A DNA stretch of 64,000 nucleotides from Deltaproteobacteria bacterium (GCA_016183065.1 JACPFF010000005.1:21-64020), one strand, 5' to 3'; positions 28,880 through 38,898 are shown, numbered from the stretch's first letter. Numbers and translations are program-made. The notes: generated from the letters alone by a model not told the origin.

Positions 28880-29796
28880 AGCTCGTCATTGCCGGCGGCA
28901 CAGGATTTATCGGGCGCGCACTTGTGGCGCGACTCACGGCCTGCGGAGAAACGTGCACCCTCCTCACCCGCCGCGAGCTCCCGGACCGACATCCCCTCCA
29001 TTATGTGCAATGGGATGCACAGCATGGCGGCACGTGGCACACTCCCCTTGATGGCGCCGATGCGGTGATCAACCTTGTCGGCGAATCCGTGGCGATGCAT
29101 CGGTGGACGGCCGCACAGAAGCTGAAGATGCTGCGCAGTCGCATCGATGCGACCACGGCGCTCGTGGAGGCCTTCGGAGAGACCAGACGCCATCCATCGG
29201 TACTGATCAATGCCTCGGCGATCGGCTATTACGGCGATCGCGGAGACGAGACATTGAGTGAAACCGCCCCGCCTGGCCGCGATTTTCTCGCGCATGTGGC
29301 CGTCGCATGGGAGACGGCGGCCACCCGGGTCGTCACACACGGCGCGCGCCTGGTCTTGCTCCGGACCGGTCTCGTGCTGGGCCATTCCGGTGGCGCGCTG
29401 GCCCGCATGGTCCCCGTGTTCCGGCGCGGTTTGGGCGGACGTATCGGGAGCGGACACCAATGGATGAGCTGGATCCATCTCGACGATGTGGTCGGACTGA
29501 TCCTCTTTCTCCTGCAACATCCCGCGGCCAGTGGACCCTTCAACCTGGTGAGCCCGACCCCCTGCCGCAATCGCGAATTTGCCACCATACTGGGCAAGCA
29601 ACTCCATCGCTCCACCAGAGTGCCCGTCCCCGCCTGGCTCCTGCGCATGGCCATGGGCGAACGCGCCTCATTACTCCTGCAGAGTCAGCGCGTCCTCCCG
29701 ACGCGTGTGCAACAGCTTGGCTATCGTTTTCGTTATAGCACGTGTGAGGCGGCCCTCCAGGCGGCACTTGCACCGAACGCGGATCTTTCGCAGTGA
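28876..29796 (+). CDS. TIGR01777-family NAD-dependent epimerase
   Basis: GGTGFIG, SAIGYYG, GSG.QWMSWIH. Confidence 0.93.
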   Translation: MKLVIAGGTGFIGRALVARLTACGETCTLLTRRELPDRHPLHYVQWDAQHGGTWHTPLDGADAVINLVGESVAMHRWTAAQKLKMLRSRIDATTALVEAFGETRRHPSVLINASAIGYYGDRGDETLSETAPPGRDFLAHVAVAWETAATRVVTHGARLVLLRTGLVLGHSGGALARMVPVFRRGLGGRIGSGHQWMSWIHLDDVVGLILFLLQHPAASGPFNLVSPTPCRNREFATILGKQLHRSTRVPVPAWLLRMAMGERASLLLQSQRVLPTRVQQLGYRFRYSTCEAALQAALAPNADLSQ

Positions 29797-29809
29797 GTGT
29801 CCCGTGACC

Positions 29810-31144
29810 ATGGATCGGCGCGCCTATCTCCATCGCACCTTTTCCTGCACCTGCGGAGAGACCCACCATGTCCCGGTCCGTCGGATCGACATTGGCGCGG
29901 GCCTCCTCCCGCGACTCCCCGCACTGTTGCACGATGTCGGATGCCACGGCCGTGGGGTGCTCGTTGCCGACGAGACCACCTGGGAGGTCGCGGGCCAGCG
30001 CATCGAGGCACTGCACATCACGGCACTGCACACGCACGTTATTCCCTCGGCACATCCCCATGCCGATCGCGTCACCGCGGACATGGTCACCGCAGCGGTG
30101 GCCAATGCGCAGTATCTGATCAGCTGCGGATCGGGGACGGTCACAGACCTCGTGAAATATGCCGCGCACCGGCACCAGATCCCGTTTGTCGCCGTGGCCA
30201 CGGCACCGTCCATGAATGGCTATATGTCGGGGATCGTCGCGCTGACCGACAAGGGATTGAAAACGACGGTCCCGGTGACTCCCGCCGTGGCACTGCTCGC
30301 CGACACCGACATTGTGTGTCATGCCCCACTCCCCATGCTCCAGGCCGGGCTCGGCGATCTAGTCTCCAAGCCGGTCTGCAATGCCGACTGGCGGCTTGCG
30401 AGCCTTGTACGCGGTGAACCGTTTTGCGCGCTTCCGTTCCAGATGATCGCCGATCTCGAAGCGATCTATCTCCCGCAGGCGGGCGCCATCCCCTCGCGAT
30501 CTCCCGCGGTGATTGCGGCATTGATCGAGGCCATTGCCTACTCCGGGATCTCCATGGTCATGGCCGGGAGTTCTGCACCCGCCTCGGGCGGCGAACACCT
30601 CATTTCGCACGTGCTCGACATGGACGCCGAACGCGCGCACCAGCCATTGCGTGACTTTCACGGCACACAGGTCGGTGTGGCGACCCTGTTGACCGCGCGT
30701 CTGTACGACGCCTTCCTGACAACACCGCGCGACCGCATCGATTGGGGCCACGCACGGCACAACTGGCAGCCACTCGAAGCCCATGCCAGTGCGCTGCGCG
30801 CTCGCTGGGGACGCGCGGGTGACAGTGTGGTCGCGGCATTTGCCAGGAAACACCCGACGAGCCACGTCGCACACGCGGCGGAAATCGCCCTGCTCGAATC
30901 ACAGTGGGAGACACTCCAGGCCGCGGTGACTCCATTTGTGGTCAACACACCCGCCATCGCCGTTGCCCTCGCAGCAGCCGGCGCCAAAACGCGTTATGAA
31001 GCGCTTGGCCTCACGCGCGAGGCATTCACCCGGACCATCCTCGACGCCCGCTTCATCCGCGATCGCTACACCATCCTCGATCTGCTCGACACCGTCGGGC
31101 TGTTGAACTCGACTGTTGCGGCCGTATTGCAGGGGAGAGGTTGA
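29810..31144 (+). CDS. sn-glycerol-1-phosphate dehydrogenase (AraM-like)
   Basis: CTCG..H, GSGT.TD, TAPSMNGY, ASGGEH.ISH, HG.QVG. Confidence 0.88.
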   Translation: MDRRAYLHRTFSCTCGETHHVPVRRIDIGAGLLPRLPALLHDVGCHGRGVLVADETTWEVAGQRIEALHITALHTHVIPSAHPHADRVTADMVTAAVANAQYLISCGSGTVTDLVKYAAHRHQIPFVAVATAPSMNGYMSGIVALTDKGLKTTVPVTPAVALLADTDIVCHAPLPMLQAGLGDLVSKPVCNADWRLASLVRGEPFCALPFQMIADLEAIYLPQAGAIPSRSPAVIAALIEAIAYSGISMVMAGSSAPASGGEHLISHVLDMDAERAHQPLRDFHGTQVGVATLLTARLYDAFLTTPRDRIDWGHARHNWQPLEAHASALRARWGRAGDSVVAAFARKHPTSHVAHAAEIALLESQWETLQAAVTPFVVNTPAIAVALAAAGAKTRYEALGLTREAFTRTILDARFIRDRYTILDLLDTVGLLNSTVAAVLQGRG

Positions 31145-31181
31145 ACCAGCGACAATTGAACCAGCGACAATTGAACCAGCG
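31141..31181 (+). repeat. 15-bp tandem repeat, about 2.7 copies
   Basis: TTGAACCAGCGACAA x2 plus TTGAACCAGCG. Confidence 0.95.
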
Positions 31182-31185
31182 TTGA

Positions 31186-31212
31186 GCAACTTTTGCCTCA
31201 ACCAACCGATAC
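31186..31212 (+). promoter_or_regulatory. Sigma28-like promoter motif
   Basis: GCAACT-N13-ACCGATAC, 7 nt before ATG 31220. Confidence 0.75.
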
Positions 31213-31219
31213 CATACTT

Positions 31220-32110
31220 ATGGGGAATCCAATCAGACGGGGAGTACGGCCCTATGGGGTCGGAATAACAGCGTATCAGGCAGACCGCCAAGCCTGGTGC
31301 GAAAAGCTCGCACAACGCCCGGGCTCGGGAGATTATGAGGTACTCCCTGCGAATGCGCGATATCAGCCGCCATCATCGAGGGAGAGATCGATCTCTGGCT
31401 TGGTGGCCACCATCCGCGCGATCACGCCGCATTACCTTCAACCGGCAGAGCGGCGGACGCACGGTTTGCCATTACCACTTGCGATTGATACCGTCTTGAC
31501 ACACGATCTTTTTGCCCCTCAGCATCAGCATCCTGACACACGATTCACACCATTCGATCAGGCCATGGCGTTTCCGTATCCCAGATTTGACGCCTTTCTC
31601 CGCGCGCTGCAACTGTGGCGCGGCTATCCTGCACAACAGGAGACCTTCATCGAGAACGCCACGGGGCCCGTGTTGTATACGCTGGCGGCCGCTTGTCGCG
31701 CCGGATACGGTGACGTCGTGAGTGTCGATACTCCCCAAACGGTGGCACGGCTCAACTTTCAATCGCGCAGAGTTGGCTCGTCGCACCTCTCTTTCAGACC
31801 CTCTACGGACCCTCTCACCGGTCACGTGGTCGTCTGGACCCACCCTGCCCCCTGGGGAGAGGGCGGTGGAGAAAAGAGGGAGCACGACCTGAGATGGCTT
31901 TCTCCGGCCTACCTGACGCGTCACGTTGTCATCGGCGGGGATTTGATCATTCAGACGGAAAGTTCGGGGAGCATATTTGACATCCACGATGTCAGTCGTG
32001 CGCCGGGGCGTTGGGGGTTGGTCGATTTTTCCCTCGGTCAACCGCTCGTCCCGGGCGGCACGAGTTTGGGGTTTTATACCCTGTGGACCTGGTGGCACCG
32101 ATTGGCATGA
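31220..32110 (+). CDS. Orphan protein, possible degenerate class I methyltransferase fold
   Basis: Long ORF after the promoter motif; IENATG / VVSVD / HPAPW / GGDLIIQTE. Confidence 0.6.
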   Translation: MGNPIRRGVRPYGVGITAYQADRQAWCEKLAQRPGSGDYEVLPANARYQPPSSRERSISGLVATIRAITPHYLQPAERRTHGLPLPLAIDTVLTHDLFAPQHQHPDTRFTPFDQAMAFPYPRFDAFLRALQLWRGYPAQQETFIENATGPVLYTLAAACRAGYGDVVSVDTPQTVARLNFQSRRVGSSHLSFRPSTDPLTGHVVVWTHPAPWGEGGGEKREHDLRWLSPAYLTRHVVIGGDLIIQTESSGSIFDIHDVSRAPGRWGLVDFSLGQPLVPGGTSLGFYTLWTWWHRLA

Positions 32111-32145
32111 GGCTGTTCTGACACTCCCCAAGATCTCGCACGCAC

Positions 32146-32172
32146 GCAACCTTTGTCAATACGCACCGATAC
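32146..32172 (+). promoter_or_regulatory. Sigma28-like promoter motif
   Basis: GCAACC-N13-ACCGATAC, 7 nt before ATG 32180. Confidence 0.75.
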
Positions 32173-32179
32173 TCAAAAC

Positions 32180-33475
32180 ATGATGGGATTGCCTCGTCTT
32201 GTCTCCAGCGTTCGCACCTCGCCCCTCTTTCGTGCAGCACCTGTGGCTGGCATGGCAACGCTGGTTGGCGGGTGTAAGGATCCGCGAGAGCTCTACGTGA
32301 TGGCAGGAATTGTCGGTAGCGTAGCTCTGTGGCAAGGCATCAGCCGCTTTCGCGCACGTGCATCGGCGCACGCCAATGCACCACAACCGGCATATCCCCT
32401 CAGCAGCTTTCTTGGCCCCGAAGTCCCACCGGAAAAAAACTGGGCGCGCGGCGATCTTGCAAACACCATTGCCGAGCAAGCCGCACGTACGGGTATCGCT
32501 ATGGTCTGTGGGTTCCTTCGAAGCGGCAAGACATCGCTTGTCCATGGCGTACGAACGACCTTGGCTAAACAAGGATACGTCGATCTAGGCTCTATCGACT
32601 TTCGAGGCGATAAAAATCCCATGCAACAATTGTGCAGAGGCATACGCAGTAGTCTCTGGCATCTGCCGCGAGAATTTCTCGAAGAGGTGCGACGCACCTT
32701 GCCGAATGATGGGGCAACCCTGCAACGACTGGACGCCTTGCTTGAAACGCTTGCATTACGCGGCGTCATTAGTTTGGCGGAGCTTGGCGCAATTGAGCGT
32801 GCAGAGACACTGACATGGCTTCGTTCAGCAGCCACAGGACTTGCACATCTCGTTGTGATCTTGGACGCGCCCTACCGGCCAGATATTGCAACAGCCTTTC
32901 ACGATGTCCCGACGTATTGGACGCGCAATCTTACGCGGGCCGAAATGGGCCAATTTCTTCGCGCTATCGCTCAGCGCGATACCAGAGGGACGTCCCTCTG
33001 GACTTCAGCGCGCATGGATCGGATCTGGGAACTTACCGGCGGACATTTGTATCTGACCAATATCCTCCTGACCACCTTCTACAAACGTGTACCTCCCAAG
33101 ACCCAGAAGCAACGTCGCTTGGACGCCGCACTCGCAGCGGCAGCCGACGATGTGCTCACCCTCAATACCGCCGACGATCGTTGGTTGCCATTAGCCGTCG
33201 CGTGTGTCTTAAGCGGTCTCACAGTCGCACATTGCAGGCTCTTGCAACAACTCAGTCAGCAACCCGGAACGCTCGATGACGCTCAAGTGGCAACATTATA
33301 TCCGTTTCTCCAAATGGGTTGGATCGAACGCGACTCGCAGGGCCATCGTATTTGCGGTGAAATTGTCCGGCAGGTCTTCGCCCATATGGACATCGCACAC
33401 TTCTCTCCCACCGAAGATTGGCTCTCCGAGCATCACCGGCAACAGTTTCCCCAAAGACCAGCTCGCCCCTCTTGA
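32180..33475 (+). CDS. Orphan P-loop (STAND-like) ATPase with N-terminal hydrophobic segment
   Basis: Walker A GFLRSGKTS; LTGGHLYL; Walker B degenerate (ISLAEL). Confidence 0.7.
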   Translation: MMGLPRLVSSVRTSPLFRAAPVAGMATLVGGCKDPRELYVMAGIVGSVALWQGISRFRARASAHANAPQPAYPLSSFLGPEVPPEKNWARGDLANTIAEQAARTGIAMVCGFLRSGKTSLVHGVRTTLAKQGYVDLGSIDFRGDKNPMQQLCRGIRSSLWHLPREFLEEVRRTLPNDGATLQRLDALLETLALRGVISLAELGAIERAETLTWLRSAATGLAHLVVILDAPYRPDIATAFHDVPTYWTRNLTRAEMGQFLRAIAQRDTRGTSLWTSARMDRIWELTGGHLYLTNILLTTFYKRVPPKTQKQRRLDAALAAAADDVLTLNTADDRWLPLAVACVLSGLTVAHCRLLQQLSQQPGTLDDAQVATLYPFLQMGWIERDSQGHRICGEIVRQVFAHMDIAHFSPTEDWLSEHHRQQFPQRPARPS

Positions 33476-33512
33476 AGCATACATCCGCACATCCTTTCAT
33501 TGCGTGCTGCTC

Positions 33513-33539
33513 GCAACTTTTTCCGCCATCGCCCGATAA
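33513..33539 (+). promoter_or_regulatory. Sigma28-like promoter motif
   Basis: GCAACT-N13-CCCGATAA. Confidence 0.75.
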
Positions 33540-33574
33540 TAGGGATAAGGGGGGTGTACCGGACATTATAACCT

Positions 33575-35194
33575 ATGGGAAAGACTGGCTCCATACCGCC
33601 CGGCACGCACGCACGCGCAAGGCCTGTCCACGCCGAGGTCATGCCAAACACGCCCGTCGCAGGTGACGCAACCGCCGCGGCCACTGTTTTAGGCCACTCC
33701 ACGGCAGAAACACCTCCCCCGCTGGGCCCTCTCGGCGCACAAACCGCGGCAAGCGCCGCCCGGTGGGGCATGACACCTGGGCCGCGCATCGCCGCCGACA
33801 TGCAGCGGGCAGATGCACTATATCGCCACTATGTCACCGAAGTGCCGTGGCGGTTTCTCCCGATTCAAGACGGTCTGACGATGTTGGATACGGCAGTCAC
33901 AGAAGACACCCCGCGGGTCGATGCCAGCTACGATGGCCCGCTGGCGAGTGATGATCCGGCGGCCCTTTTCGCGATCGACATTTCACAGTACCATCGCACG
34001 CGTGAGGCCATTGTGATCAACAAAATCCTCTCTGACTTTGACAGGGCTTCTCGTGCCAGTGAAACATACCTGACTATCGTGGCCGAAGCGGTCTTTGATC
34101 GATTGGTGCAAAGCGAATCGGGCTCGGTCGAGTGGAAATTTCTGGCGGAGATGGACCGGAGCGCCATGGCAATGGCTGACGAGGCAGGCGTCGAGATTGC
34201 GCGTTATAGGAAAATCCTCTGCTGCATGGTCATCAAGGCCCACCTGCGGGCACTCGGGAGGATCCGCGACGTGTTCGAACAGATGTGCGCCATACGGGAA
34301 GCGCCGTGGTTCTTTGCTCTGTTGATTGAAATCTGCCTCGGTCCACTCAAAGACGCTATCGCCCACGACGCACGCCGATGGGAGGCGTTTTGGGGGACGA
34401 CGAAGACGTTTGCCGCATTTGTGGAGCTGCTCGACCGACTTCCCAATGACCTGTTGCGTCCAATCGACAAAGGCATCGTGAATCAATTACGGACCCTCTA
34501 TCCCAATATCCCCTATGTGCTGCGAGGATACCGGATCTTGGAGCCCTCCTTCCTCCCGTTTCCCTTCAATGCCGCCTTGCGGCACAAGAATGATCCGGAC
34601 AATTTTGGGTCCTATTGCAAGTTTCCCGTTTTTATCGTCCGTGATGCATCTGATCGCACAGCAGAGGAGAAACGACGGACCATCCGTCATGAGGCGATTC
34701 ATTCTCTCGTCGGTACGGCACGCATTGCGCACCTGCTGACCGCATTGTACATCCGAAATCACAACCTTGAGCGACTGTTTGCCGAAGGGATCACCGAGCT
34801 GCTCACGCGCCATGCGGGTGAAGTCCTCGATGCCGAGGCCACAGAGGCCCGTGCCGTCACTCCCGAGGCGCTCATCCAACAGCGCCACTCAGACTTTGCA
34901 CACACGCTCCAGGCCGTTCAGCAGATCCCCGGTGACTTTTATTCCGTGGCCGTCACGCTCGCCATTGGTCTGGCGCGCCGACTCGGGTTTCCAAGGTTTC
35001 TGGCACTCTTCACAGCGGCGCAGTATCAGGCGGGCTATGCACTGACACCTGAAGAGATTGCCGCCCTTCAGCCCATTTTTCAACAGTTGGGCACGCGTAT
35101 CGACCAGGCCGTGACGAATTCTTCGGAGGCGCCCTTCCTCCCACACGACGTGGCAGAGGAGGTGTTTACCATGTTGCAGGGGGACGGGAGCTGA
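33575..35194 (+). CDS. Orphan with zincin metalloprotease motif
   Basis: TIRHEAIH...FAEGITE; low-complexity N-terminus. Confidence 0.7.
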   Translation: MGKTGSIPPGTHARARPVHAEVMPNTPVAGDATAAATVLGHSTAETPPPLGPLGAQTAASAARWGMTPGPRIAADMQRADALYRHYVTEVPWRFLPIQDGLTMLDTAVTEDTPRVDASYDGPLASDDPAALFAIDISQYHRTREAIVINKILSDFDRASRASETYLTIVAEAVFDRLVQSESGSVEWKFLAEMDRSAMAMADEAGVEIARYRKILCCMVIKAHLRALGRIRDVFEQMCAIREAPWFFALLIEICLGPLKDAIAHDARRWEAFWGTTKTFAAFVELLDRLPNDLLRPIDKGIVNQLRTLYPNIPYVLRGYRILEPSFLPFPFNAALRHKNDPDNFGSYCKFPVFIVRDASDRTAEEKRRTIRHEAIHSLVGTARIAHLLTALYIRNHNLERLFAEGITELLTRHAGEVLDAEATEARAVTPEALIQQRHSDFAHTLQAVQQIPGDFYSVAVTLAIGLARRLGFPRFLALFTAAQYQAGYALTPEEIAALQPIFQQLGTRIDQAVTNSSEAPFLPHDVAEEVFTMLQGDGS

Positions 35195-35195
35195 C

Positions 35196-37394
35196 ATGCC
35201 ACGGGTACGACCGCCAACGACTGTTCGCGCGGGGTTGAATTTCAGAGGCACCACGGGAAAAGCCGCTGCCGTTTCTTCTGGACCAGGGCTTCCTGCAGCA
35301 GTGGGCGACATCGCCATTGCCGCCCTCGGCGCCCAATCCGCGGCAAGTGCTGCCCGGTGGGGCGCAACGCCGGGCCCAATGCTCGCGAGCCAACTGCGAC
35401 AGGCCGGTGAGCCCGCTCATCTGGTCGCCGCTCGCGAAGTTGAGTGCCTCATGGTTGAGATTCGTCACCGCACCGGATTTGGTGATCCGGCACACCAGAT
35501 CATCTTGGACTCTCCTCATCTTCCTCATCAACACCTCACCCTCTGGCATGGACTCACAGACCCTGGCGAAGCAACGTGGGCCGCATGGGTGGAACATGGG
35601 AAAAGACTCGATAACGCACTACAACAGGGACCGGAGCCTCAAGGGATCGACCCCCTCCTGGAGGCCCTGTACGAATTAGGGGTCCGCTTTGAGTATACCA
35701 CACCTCTCAGCCACATCGAGATGATGAACGATGCGGAGATGCTGGCCCTAATGCAACAGATGATCCAAGACGGGCTCCCAGAACCGATGGCCCGCACCCC
35801 CGGGGCCCATGTGGCACAGGGAGCGCCTCGGCAATGGATCGCATCCGCGGCACTGACCATGTTCCGGCTGATTGTCGTTCGCGGCCGTGATGATCGGCTG
35901 TATGCATTTCCACCGCAACTCGCTCGTCTGGATGCCCTCGTCCGTCTCTTGATCCGAAAAGCCGGCCTCGAGATTGAGTCCGCGTTCGAACAGATGACGG
36001 AGCTGATCTGCGGCCATATGGAGAACGCACGCGTGAATCGCCTCGAAACAGTCCCGGAAAGCTATGTTTCAGCGTTTACCCTCACTGTACGACACGCGCT
36101 GACCGATGGAGTGATTGACGGGCGAACAATTATGAAATTACTCGAAAAACGACATGGCTTTCGGACGATTGCTGAGTGGGCCGTGAAGTTCACTACACTG
36201 CAGGGGCACGTCTATTATTACGTCGATCCGTGCCGTTTTGCCAAATCAGTTGGCACACACGTGATGACCTCCCTGAGCAGCATGCAGGACCTCGTCGCCG
36301 CACTCAAATCACCGGTGGTGGAGGCTCGATTAGCCGCAATCGCCGGTCCTTCGAGATATTATGCCGTCAGTGGATACGGGGGATATGGGAAATCATGCAG
36401 AATCTCTGGCATCGAGGTTTCGCCGATATCCGCGGACCGCAATGAGTGGATGAGGGAGTTTCGAAAGAAACACCACCAGTGTGCTATTATCGATACGAGA
36501 GAGAGAGGCCCTGATCGCCTTGCCCGTGTCAAAAGTCTCCTCATGGCTGCTGTATGGGATAACATCGATCTCACCAACATTGGCGCACCGGAAGCGATGA
36601 GCAGGCTCGAAGCGCACATTTGGACGACCGGGCGTGGTCTAGAGTACAGCCTTGCACAATATCAAGGAGAGAACAGATCACGAATTGGACAATATGGCCC
36701 TGCAACATTTGTCGCTGATCTGAAAAATGGAGGGCATCTTCGATCGGCCTGGCACCGTATGTTCCCTCTGAAGCCCATACCTGCCATGGTCCGGATTGAA
36801 TTCGTCGATAAGAGTCGGCGTATTGGCGCAATCAGGATTGTTGCCGGCAGTGTCCAACCGCTTGCAATGCCGGCAGGTCGGGGACAGATCACCCTACAGA
36901 TCGATGAGGGGAGTCGTGCACCGACACTACTCCATCATTCTGCGAGGGTAGATACTATCGCCATCTGGGATGAAATCGATCTCCATTCTGTCGGGCAGGC
37001 GAAAGGCATTTCTCGGCTCGCGGCCCAAATATGGGCAACACGACGCGACGTTGTTCAAGGATTGACGCAATATAAACAGCAGTACGAAACGGTCATCGGT
37101 TCCTATCTGGTGCACTCCTTTGTCGCCGATCTGCAGGAAGCGGCCCAACTCGCAACCGCCTGGGCGATGGCGTTTCCCGGCATCTCGATCCCCTCCGCCA
37201 TTCGAGTACAATGGACGAATGCGCCTCTTCAGATGATCGGCAAGATTCGCTTTTCTGATGCCACAACACTCGGTTCCCCGTTGAAAAAGCATGAAGGCGA
37301 GCTCTCGGTGCAACGGACGGACGGTCGATATGTGATACCGCCATCCACGGTCAGCGGCTACGGCCGCGAAGAGATCCTTGCGGCATTGTCATAG
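35196..37394 (+). CDS. Large orphan with duplicated C-terminal domain
   Basis: 732 aa ORF 1 nt after the previous gene; internal 137-aa repeat. Confidence 0.75.
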   Translation: MPRVRPPTTVRAGLNFRGTTGKAAAVSSGPGLPAAVGDIAIAALGAQSAASAARWGATPGPMLASQLRQAGEPAHLVAAREVECLMVEIRHRTGFGDPAHQIILDSPHLPHQHLTLWHGLTDPGEATWAAWVEHGKRLDNALQQGPEPQGIDPLLEALYELGVRFEYTTPLSHIEMMNDAEMLALMQQMIQDGLPEPMARTPGAHVAQGAPRQWIASAALTMFRLIVVRGRDDRLYAFPPQLARLDALVRLLIRKAGLEIESAFEQMTELICGHMENARVNRLETVPESYVSAFTLTVRHALTDGVIDGRTIMKLLEKRHGFRTIAEWAVKFTTLQGHVYYYVDPCRFAKSVGTHVMTSLSSMQDLVAALKSPVVEARLAAIAGPSRYYAVSGYGGYGKSCRISGIEVSPISADRNEWMREFRKKHHQCAIIDTRERGPDRLARVKSLLMAAVWDNIDLTNIGAPEAMSRLEAHIWTTGRGLEYSLAQYQGENRSRIGQYGPATFVADLKNGGHLRSAWHRMFPLKPIPAMVRIEFVDKSRRIGAIRIVAGSVQPLAMPAGRGQITLQIDEGSRAPTLLHHSARVDTIAIWDEIDLHSVGQAKGISRLAAQIWATRRDVVQGLTQYKQQYETVIGSYLVHSFVADLQEAAQLATAWAMAFPGISIPSAIRVQWTNAPLQMIGKIRFSDATTLGSPLKKHEGELSVQRTDGRYVIPPSTVSGYGREEILAALS

Positions 37395-37450
37395 ATTCCC
37401 ACGCGTAAGCGCATGGTCCTCGGCAGCTCGCGTCGCCCGTAGGAAGCTAT

Positions 37451-37528
37451 CCAGCGAGCACGGCGAGCGTGAGGGGGAGGCTCCACCGGCTTTGCCGGTG
37501 GAGGGGGCGACGTGAGCCCCTCCAATAG
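37451..37528. repeat. GC-rich structured intergenic repeat, copy 2
   Basis: CCAGCGAGCACGGCGAGCG...CTCCACCGGCTTTGCCGGTGGAG hairpin...ACGTGAGCCCCTCCAATAG. Confidence 0.8.
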
Positions 37529-37535
37529 AAGAGAC

Positions 37536-37562
37536 GCAACCTTTCCTGAATGTTGCCGATAA
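37536..37562 (+). promoter_or_regulatory. Sigma28-like promoter motif
   Basis: GCAACC-N13-GCCGATAA. Confidence 0.75.
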
Positions 37563-37594
37563 TACGTATTGAGGGGATCACCGAAGGAACCCAC

Positions 37595-38119
37595 ATGTTA
37601 CGCAAATCACGTCGCCGGACGTTTGGACTCGCCATCATCGCGGTGGTCGTGATCCTTGGCGCGCTCTGGTATCGGACACATCCACAAGATATTGTTTTTG
37701 CTGGTGAAAATTCAACTCGTTTGATCGATCGATATGCCGATCGGATGGCAAAATACGCCGATCCCAATTTCTATGAAGGGCATTTTCAGCAGCGCCCGCG
37801 AACCGAGGGAGAATGCGCATATTTCGGCCTCCAACGACACGGGGCGGTCACGATTGCGATGGTCTCGGCACAACATCTGGCACTGACGATCAACGACCTC
37901 CCGTTTACCCTTACGGGAAGTGATCCGTCGCAGTTTGACATGTATTACTACACTGGCGAGCTCAGCTCGATCCGCTACGAAGTCGCGATCTCGACGCAGC
38001 GACGCGCGGAAACTGGCGATGACCTGCTGGCACTCTTCCTGACTGGCGCCGGACATCACTGCACCGCGCTCTTTGATCGGACCGCGGTGTTTGACCTTCA
38101 GTCGACAAAAATTAATTAG
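37595..38119 (+). CDS. Hypothetical protein with N-terminal membrane anchor
   Basis: MLRKSRRRTFGLAIIAVVVILGALWY; AAGGA RBS. Confidence 0.7.
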   Translation: MLRKSRRRTFGLAIIAVVVILGALWYRTHPQDIVFAGENSTRLIDRYADRMAKYADPNFYEGHFQQRPRTEGECAYFGLQRHGAVTIAMVSAQHLALTINDLPFTLTGSDPSQFDMYYYTGELSSIRYEVAISTQRRAETGDDLLALFLTGAGHHCTALFDRTAVFDLQSTKIN

Positions 38120-38359
38120 TTGGAATTCCTCAATACCATTGATTTTACTTATTTTTTATACATTTTCGTCCCGACATGGAAAATTCCGCTTGCGTAAATC
38201 ATCAATGCGTCGCATAGTCTGAAAAGATTACGTTTGAGGATGTGCAGTTAATGAAGTCGGAGTCCAAAAGGGTACCACTCACGAAACATTCGGTGCGTTC
38301 CAAATGTAGGGGCTACAATATCTGTTCCCCAAATAGCAGACAGTAAAAGGAGGGTCTCA

Positions 38360-38569
38360 ATGTCGAGACAACGTGGAACCGTAAAATGGTTCAATGAAAG
38401 TAAAGGGTTCGGGTTCATCACCCCCGAGAATGGTGGCAAGGATCTCTTTGTCCACTTTTCGAATATCGTCGGTGACGGCTTCAAATCCCTCGAAGAAAAC
38501 CAAAAGGTGGAATTCGAGGTCGAGGTCGGACCGAAGGGTGAGTTCGCGGCAAAAGTTGAAAAGGTCTAA
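38360..38569 (+). CDS. cspA: Cold-shock protein
   Basis: GTVKWFN, KGFGFI, LFVHFS; long AT-rich 5' region. Confidence 0.96.
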   Translation: MSRQRGTVKWFNESKGFGFITPENGGKDLFVHFSNIVGDGFKSLEENQKVEFEVEVGPKGEFAAKVEKV

Positions 38570-38591
38570 GACCGTCAACATTCCTTACGAC

Positions 38592-38630
38592 ACACCGCCG
38601 TTCAGCACATGCTGAACGGCGGTTGTGTTT
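38592..38630. terminator. Hairpin terminator after cspA
   Basis: CCGCCGTTCAGCA-CA-TGCTGAACGGCGG followed by TTGTGTTT. Confidence 0.75.
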
Positions 38631-38898
38631 CTGGACGAGGGCCGCAAATGCCCACACGATCGATCAAGGCCAGTTTCTCCCGCCGCGACCAGTGTTTGAT
38701 TTCGACCTCTCGCTTGAGCGCCGCCGATTTGGTCTCGAAAGTCTCATGATACCGGAGGGCCGCAAAGCCGAAACCGCGCACGAATTTGGCCCCACGACCA
38801 TCACGGTGTTGGGCCATCCGCCGCTCGAGGTCGGTCGTATAGCCCACATAGAGCCGCCCGTCCGCCGCTTCGAGGATGTAGACAAAATGTGAGGCCAT
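38602..38898 (-). CDS. GIY-YIG nuclease family protein
   Basis: FVYIL...LYVGYT..L.RR..QH...ALKRE; TTGCGT-16-TATACT 6 nt before ATG. Confidence 0.9.
   Translation of the reverse strand: MASHFVYILEAADGRLYVGYTTDLERRMAQHRDGRGAKFVRGFGFAALRYHETFETKSAALKREVEIKHWSRREKLALIDRVGICGPRPETQPPFSMC

Noticed and set aside
29810-31144. Archaeal-type lipid synthesis
   Set aside because: AraM-type G1PDH is common in bacteria; no GGGP synthase nearby
31141-31181. Possible CRISPR array
   Set aside because: Contiguous 15-bp tandem repeat without spacers; no cas genes in the window
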